From positions 4,231 to 68,230 of the forward strand of contig JAJFUF010000037.1 in assembly GCA_021372495.1 (NCBI GenBank): a stretch of 64,000 nucleotides of DNA, read 5' to 3'. Made by a program: the position numbers and the translations under genes. Below, piece by piece: positions 60,883 to 64,000 of the stretch (its first letter is position 1; each line of letters begins with the position of its first letter). The DNA is from Lysobacteraceae bacterium. Lineage in GTDB: Bacteria; Pseudomonadota; Gammaproteobacteria; Xanthomonadales; Rhodanobacteraceae. The notes under the pieces are model-generated. The model made no database searches. It saw only the letters and a list, made by a program, of their open reading frames with translations, and was not told the DNA's origin.

Positions 60883-61605
60883 ATGAAACCACTCCTGATC
60901 GTACAGACCGGCTCGGCGCCCGATTCCATCCGCGCTCGCCTCGGCGACTTCCCGCACTGGTTCCGCCTTGCGCTCGGCGTGCACCCGCAGCGCCTGCGCG
61001 TGGTGCGCGTGGACCGCGACGAGGCGCTGCCGCCGCCGCGCATGTGCGCGGGCGCGGTGATCACCGGCTCCGCGGCGATGGTCACGGAGCGGGCGCCGTG
61101 GAGCGAGCGCACCGCCGGCTGGATCCGCGACGCGATGGATGCGGCGCTGCCGCTGGTCGGCGTCTGCTACGGCCACCAGTTGATGGCGCACGCGCTGGGC
61201 GGTCGTGTCGACTGGCTGCCCGGCGGGCGCGAGATCGGCACGCAGCGCGTCGAGCTGCTGGCCGCGGCGAAGACGGACCCGCTGTCGCGCGCGCTGCCGC
61301 CCGCGTTCCGCGCCCACACCACGCACGAGCAGAGCGTGCTGGAACCGCCGGCCGGCGCGCGCGTGCTGGCGCGCTCCGAACGCGATCCGCACCAGATCCT
61401 GCGCTACGGCGAACGTGCGTTCAGCACGCAATTCCACCCCGAATTCAGCACGGCGGCGATGGCCGCCTATATCCGCAGGCGGGCCGCCAAGCTGCGCGAG
61501 GAAGGGCTCGACGTGCCGCGCCTGCTGCACGAGGTAGGGCCGACGCCGCACGCGCGGCGGTTGCTGGACGCCGGCGGCCCTGCGTGGGCGGGTGCCGGCG
61601 GCTGA
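60883..61605 (+). CDS. class I glutamine amidotransferase-like protein
   Basis: 240 aa from ATG 60883 with the nucleophile context GVCYGHQL and HPE near the C-terminus. Confidence 0.85.
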   Translation: MKPLLIVQTGSAPDSIRARLGDFPHWFRLALGVHPQRLRVVRVDRDEALPPPRMCAGAVITGSAAMVTERAPWSERTAGWIRDAMDAALPLVGVCYGHQLMAHALGGRVDWLPGGREIGTQRVELLAAAKTDPLSRALPPAFRAHTTHEQSVLEPPAGARVLARSERDPHQILRYGERAFSTQFHPEFSTAAMAAYIRRRAAKLREEGLDVPRLLHEVGPTPHARRLLDAGGPAWAGAGG

Positions 61606-61612
61606 TCCCCCC

Positions 61613-61840
61613 TCAGTCGTGCTTGCGCGGCGGACGCGGGGCGACCTTGACGCCGCCGCGCGCGCCCTGCAGCGGATCGGCCAGCTTGAGCCCGCTCAGG
61701 TAATGGGTGATCGCCTCGTTGGTGACGTCGTACAGCGGCCGCCCCATCATCGCGGCAGCGGCCTTGAGGCTGTCGCGTACGCGGCGCGCCACGCGCAGGC
61801 TTGCGTCGCGTGCGTCATCCGCGTCGGTGATTTTTTTCAT
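61613..61840 (-). CDS. small ribbon-helix-helix-like DNA-binding protein
   Basis: 75 aa from ATG 61840 with an AGGGG RBS. The N-terminal pattern ASLRVARRVRDSLKAAAAMMGRPLYDVTNEAITHYL fits a strand-helix-helix. Palindromes lie upstream. Confidence 0.5.
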   Translation of the reverse strand: MKKITDADDARDASLRVARRVRDSLKAAAAMMGRPLYDVTNEAITHYLSGLKLADPLQGARGGVKVAPRPPRKHD

Positions 61841-61904
61841 TGTGCAGCCCCTGTTTTTTGCACCAAGTGCGCGCTTGTGCACAGCGCCAAGACTAAGCAT
61901 CCGA

Positions 61905-61954
61905 GCTGAACAAGGGGGGCGACGCTTGTTCAGCGTATGTTCATGTACATGAAC
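61905..61954. promoter_or_regulatory. palindrome cluster: 10-bp inverted repeat GCTGAACAAG/CTTGTTCAGC plus perfect 16-bp palindrome GTTCATGTACATGAAC
   Basis: Read directly at 61905-61934 and 61939-61954, in the 137-bp gap between the DUF1820-like gene and the RHH gene. There are four TGAAC/GTTCA half-sites. Confidence 0.35.
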
Positions 61955-61977
61955 GCACCCGGGCGCCGCCTTGCGCC

Positions 61978-62298
61978 TTACTTGGCATGCGGCGGCAGGG
62001 GGAAAGGCGTGACCTTCTCGCCACTGACGGCGTCGCGGATGGATAGCGGCCCGCGGCGCTCGACCTCCTCGATGCGCACGATCGCCTGCATCGGCAGATG
62101 CAGCGTGCGCGTGTCCTTGAATTCCTCGCGCAGGCGCTCCTCGGTGGGATCCACCACCCGCGTCGTGCCTTCCTCGAACACCAGCCCGCCGACCTCGGTG
62201 AATCCCCACAGCGCGCTGCTGGCGACATGCCGGGCGTACAGCTCGTAGCTCTTGCCCTGGGAGAGGAAAGTGACCTTGTAGAGCTTCTTGCCTTGCAT
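61978..62298 (-). CDS. DUF1820-like family protein
   Basis: 106 aa from ATG 62298; an alternative GTG start is at 62304. It matches the remembered DUF1820 pattern (KLYKVTF.., LWGF.EV...VF, HLPMQAIVRIEEVE). Confidence 0.7.
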   Translation of the reverse strand: MQGKKLYKVTFLSQGKSYELYARHVASSALWGFTEVGGLVFEEGTTRVVDPTEERLREEFKDTRTLHLPMQAIVRIEEVERRGPLSIRDAVSGEKVTPFPLPPHAK

Positions 62299-62337
62299 AC
62301 GCACATTCTCGCGTGTCGCGCCGCGCGGCGGAAGCGC

Positions 62338-63021
62338 TCAGCGACGCGCCCGTCGCGCGATCGCCTCGCGCGATACCCAGGCGAACGCGATGCCGAACAG
62401 GAAGCCGGCGATGTGCGCCCACCACACCACCGCACCGAAGCTCGGGCCGATGTAGGTGAACAGCAATTGCACCAGCACCCACAAGCCGATCAGCAGCGCC
62501 GCCGGCACGCGCACGAACTCGAAGTAGAAGCCCAGCGGCAGCACCAGGCCAAGGCGCGCACGCGGAAACAGCGCGAGGTAGGCGCCGACCACTGCCGACA
62601 CCGCGCCGCTGCAGCCGATGATCGGCGAGCGCGTGCTGACCAGGGTCAACGCGCCGACCAGGTTCGCCCAGACCCCGCCGAGCAGGAACAGCAGCAGGAA
62701 GCGGCGTGAGCCCAGGGCGCGCTCGGCGGAGAGGCCGAAGATCATCAGGAACAGCAGATTGCCGGCCAGGTGCAGCCAGTCGACGTGGATGAACAGGGCC
62801 GTCAGCAGGCGCAGCGCGGGCAGTTCGGTCAACTGCCGCCACAGCGGCGCGTCCGCATCGAACAGCCGTGCCGGCACCGTGCCCCAGCGCACGACGAAGC
62901 CGACGCGCGCCTCCGGCGGCGCCAGCGCCAGCCACAGGAATCCGACCACGCAGGCGGCGACCAGCAGCGGCGTCGCCCAGCGCAGGCGTGGACGGTGGCG
63001 CGAATCGACGTGTACGAACAT
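62338..63021 (-). CDS. rhomboid family intramembrane serine protease
   Basis: 227-aa ORF with 6 TM helices. It has HLAGN and the catalytic GCSGAV, with a downstream His in WAHIAGF. Confidence 0.85.
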   Translation of the reverse strand: MFVHVDSRHRPRLRWATPLLVAACVVGFLWLALAPPEARVGFVVRWGTVPARLFDADAPLWRQLTELPALRLLTALFIHVDWLHLAGNLLFLMIFGLSAERALGSRRFLLLFLLGGVWANLVGALTLVSTRSPIIGCSGAVSAVVGAYLALFPRARLGLVLPLGFYFEFVRVPAALLIGLWVLVQLLFTYIGPSFGAVVWWAHIAGFLFGIAFAWVSREAIARRARR

Positions 63022-63063
63022 GCGTCTCTGCCCCGCCTCAGCGCGTGTCGCGCGCGTGCGCGC

Positions 63064-64000
63064 TCACGGCACGTCGCGCGCGAGATGCGGGCCGTCCTCG
63101 CCCAGCGCGGCCAGCGCGAACAGGGTTTCCGGACCCACCACGCCGTCGGCGCGAATGCCGTACGCCGTCTGCAGCTTGCGCACGCGCGCCTCCAGCGCGG
63201 CGTCGAAATAGGCCGGCCCGCGCGGCGGCGACGCATCGGGCTCGAGCCGGGTCAGCTGCGCCTGCACCCATGCGACGCCGGCGCCGGCGTCGCCGCGGCG
63301 CATCACCTGGGGCACCTCCGGCGGCACCCGGAACGGGGCCTGGAAGCGTCCGTGCCAGATGCGGTCGAACGCCGCGCGCGGCAGCTGCAGCTCGCGGCTG
63401 CCGAGGCGCAGGCGCACGTCGCGACGGCCCACGCCGAGCAGCGCCGCGTAGCGTATGCCGTCGCCGGGATCCAGCTCGAGCGCCAGCGGCCGGTCGAAGC
63501 GCTGCAACTGATCGAGGCTGGCGCTGCCGCCGACGCAGTCGAAACCGGGGAAGATCACCGCCGCACATCGCGCCGCGTCCTCGATGCCGACGTCGCCGGA
63601 TCCCACCTGCCAGCGCGCCAGCAGCTCGCTCCACGCCAGCAGCCGGCTGCTGCGCGCGTCGGGCCACTGGCCGCGCAGCGCGGCGAGGGCGCGATCGGCA
63701 TCCGTTTCCGTCACCGCCGGTCGCGCGACCACCGGCGCCGGGGCGACCTCGGCGCGGTGCGTGCCGAGCGCCCACAGCGCGAGCAGCGGCAACAGCGCGA
63801 GCGCCGTCCAGGCGCCGTAGCGCCGCAGGACGTAGCGCAGGTGGCCGGGCAGCGATTCCTGCGCCGCGCGGCCGACCAGGCGTTCGCCGATCGTCGCGGC
63901 CCGGCTCGCCGCGCCCGCCGCGAGCGCGCGATCGGCGATCAGGTTGATCGAACGCGGCACGCCGCGGCCGTGGTGGTGCAGCGCCCGCAGGCCGAGGCGG
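63064..64000 (-). CDS. ExeA/GspA-like protein, C-terminal part (TM plus peptidoglycan-binding domain); N-terminus lies beyond the window
   Basis: The frame stays open to the window edge. It shows PRSINLIADRAL (the end of the AAA+ region), a TM segment, and a C-terminal PG-binding motif LQTAYGIRADGVVGPETLFAL. Confidence 0.75.
   Translation of the reverse strand, partial: RLGLRALHHHGRGVPRSINLIADRALAAGAASRAATIGERLVGRAAQESLPGHLRYVLRRYGAWTALALLPLLALWALGTHRAEVAPAPVVARPAVTETDADRALAALRGQWPDARSSRLLAWSELLARWQVGSGDVGIEDAARCAAVIFPGFDCVGGSASLDQLQRFDRPLALELDPGDGIRYAALLGVGRRDVRLRLGSRELQLPRAAFDRIWHGRFQAPFRVPPEVPQVMRRGDAGAGVAWVQAQLTRLEPDASPPRGPAYFDAALEARVRKLQTAYGIRADGVVGPETLFALAALGEDGPHLARDVP

Noticed and set aside
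61613-61840. The RHH gene as the antitoxin of a toxin-antitoxin pair or a ParG-type partition protein.
   Set aside because: No toxin-like or ParA-like ORF is adjacent on either side. The neighbours are a convergent amidotransferase-like gene and a DUF1820-like gene.

Overview
This 64-kb window has very high GC (roughly 70% or more, with strongly GC3-biased codons). It looks like chromosomal DNA of a gammaproteobacterium, probably Xanthomonadales-like. That placement is an inference from the comF-bioB / bioF-bioH-bioC layout, the TonB-dependent receptor, the EstA-type autotransporter and GGGGAGAGG-type REP elements.

I call about 55 protein genes and found no rRNA, tRNA, CRISPR array, transposase or integrase. 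Many long ORFs in the six-frame track are Arg/Ala/Pro-rich alternative-frame artefacts. Where a track ORF began with such an extension, I re-set the start to an internal ATG/GTG that has an RBS.

Most of the window is housekeeping:
- biotin operon bioBFHC
- glyQS, mnmG, tex, pepN, ubiA, tag
- a phoA-like phosphatase and a cpdB-like nucleotidase
- permeases and DMT transporters
- a hybrid histidine kinase / CheY / REC-EAL module

Points worth a second look:
1. An orphan cluster at 0-8.8 kb built around an acyl carrier protein and a ketosynthase. It also has two aminotransferases, a split DMT flippase-like pair, a FemAB-like GNAT-fold protein, an arginase-fold protein and an esterase. I cannot assign it to a characterised pathway.
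2. A BioB with a 13-cysteine Cys/Gly-repeat C-terminal extension.
3. A roughly 750-bp non-coding stretch upstream of mnmG. It holds two perfect long inverted repeats and a canonical minus-strand terminator (candidate sRNA or leader). It also holds a decayed duplicate of the mnmG 5' end and a 39-nt hairpin.
4. Dense palindromes beside a small ribbon-helix-helix gene, including a GTTCA-N6-TGAAC motif that recurs at 8.86 kb.
5. A TonB-dependent receptor / TPR-sulfotransferase pair with atypical codon usage.

All functional calls come from motifs read in the translations. No database search was run.
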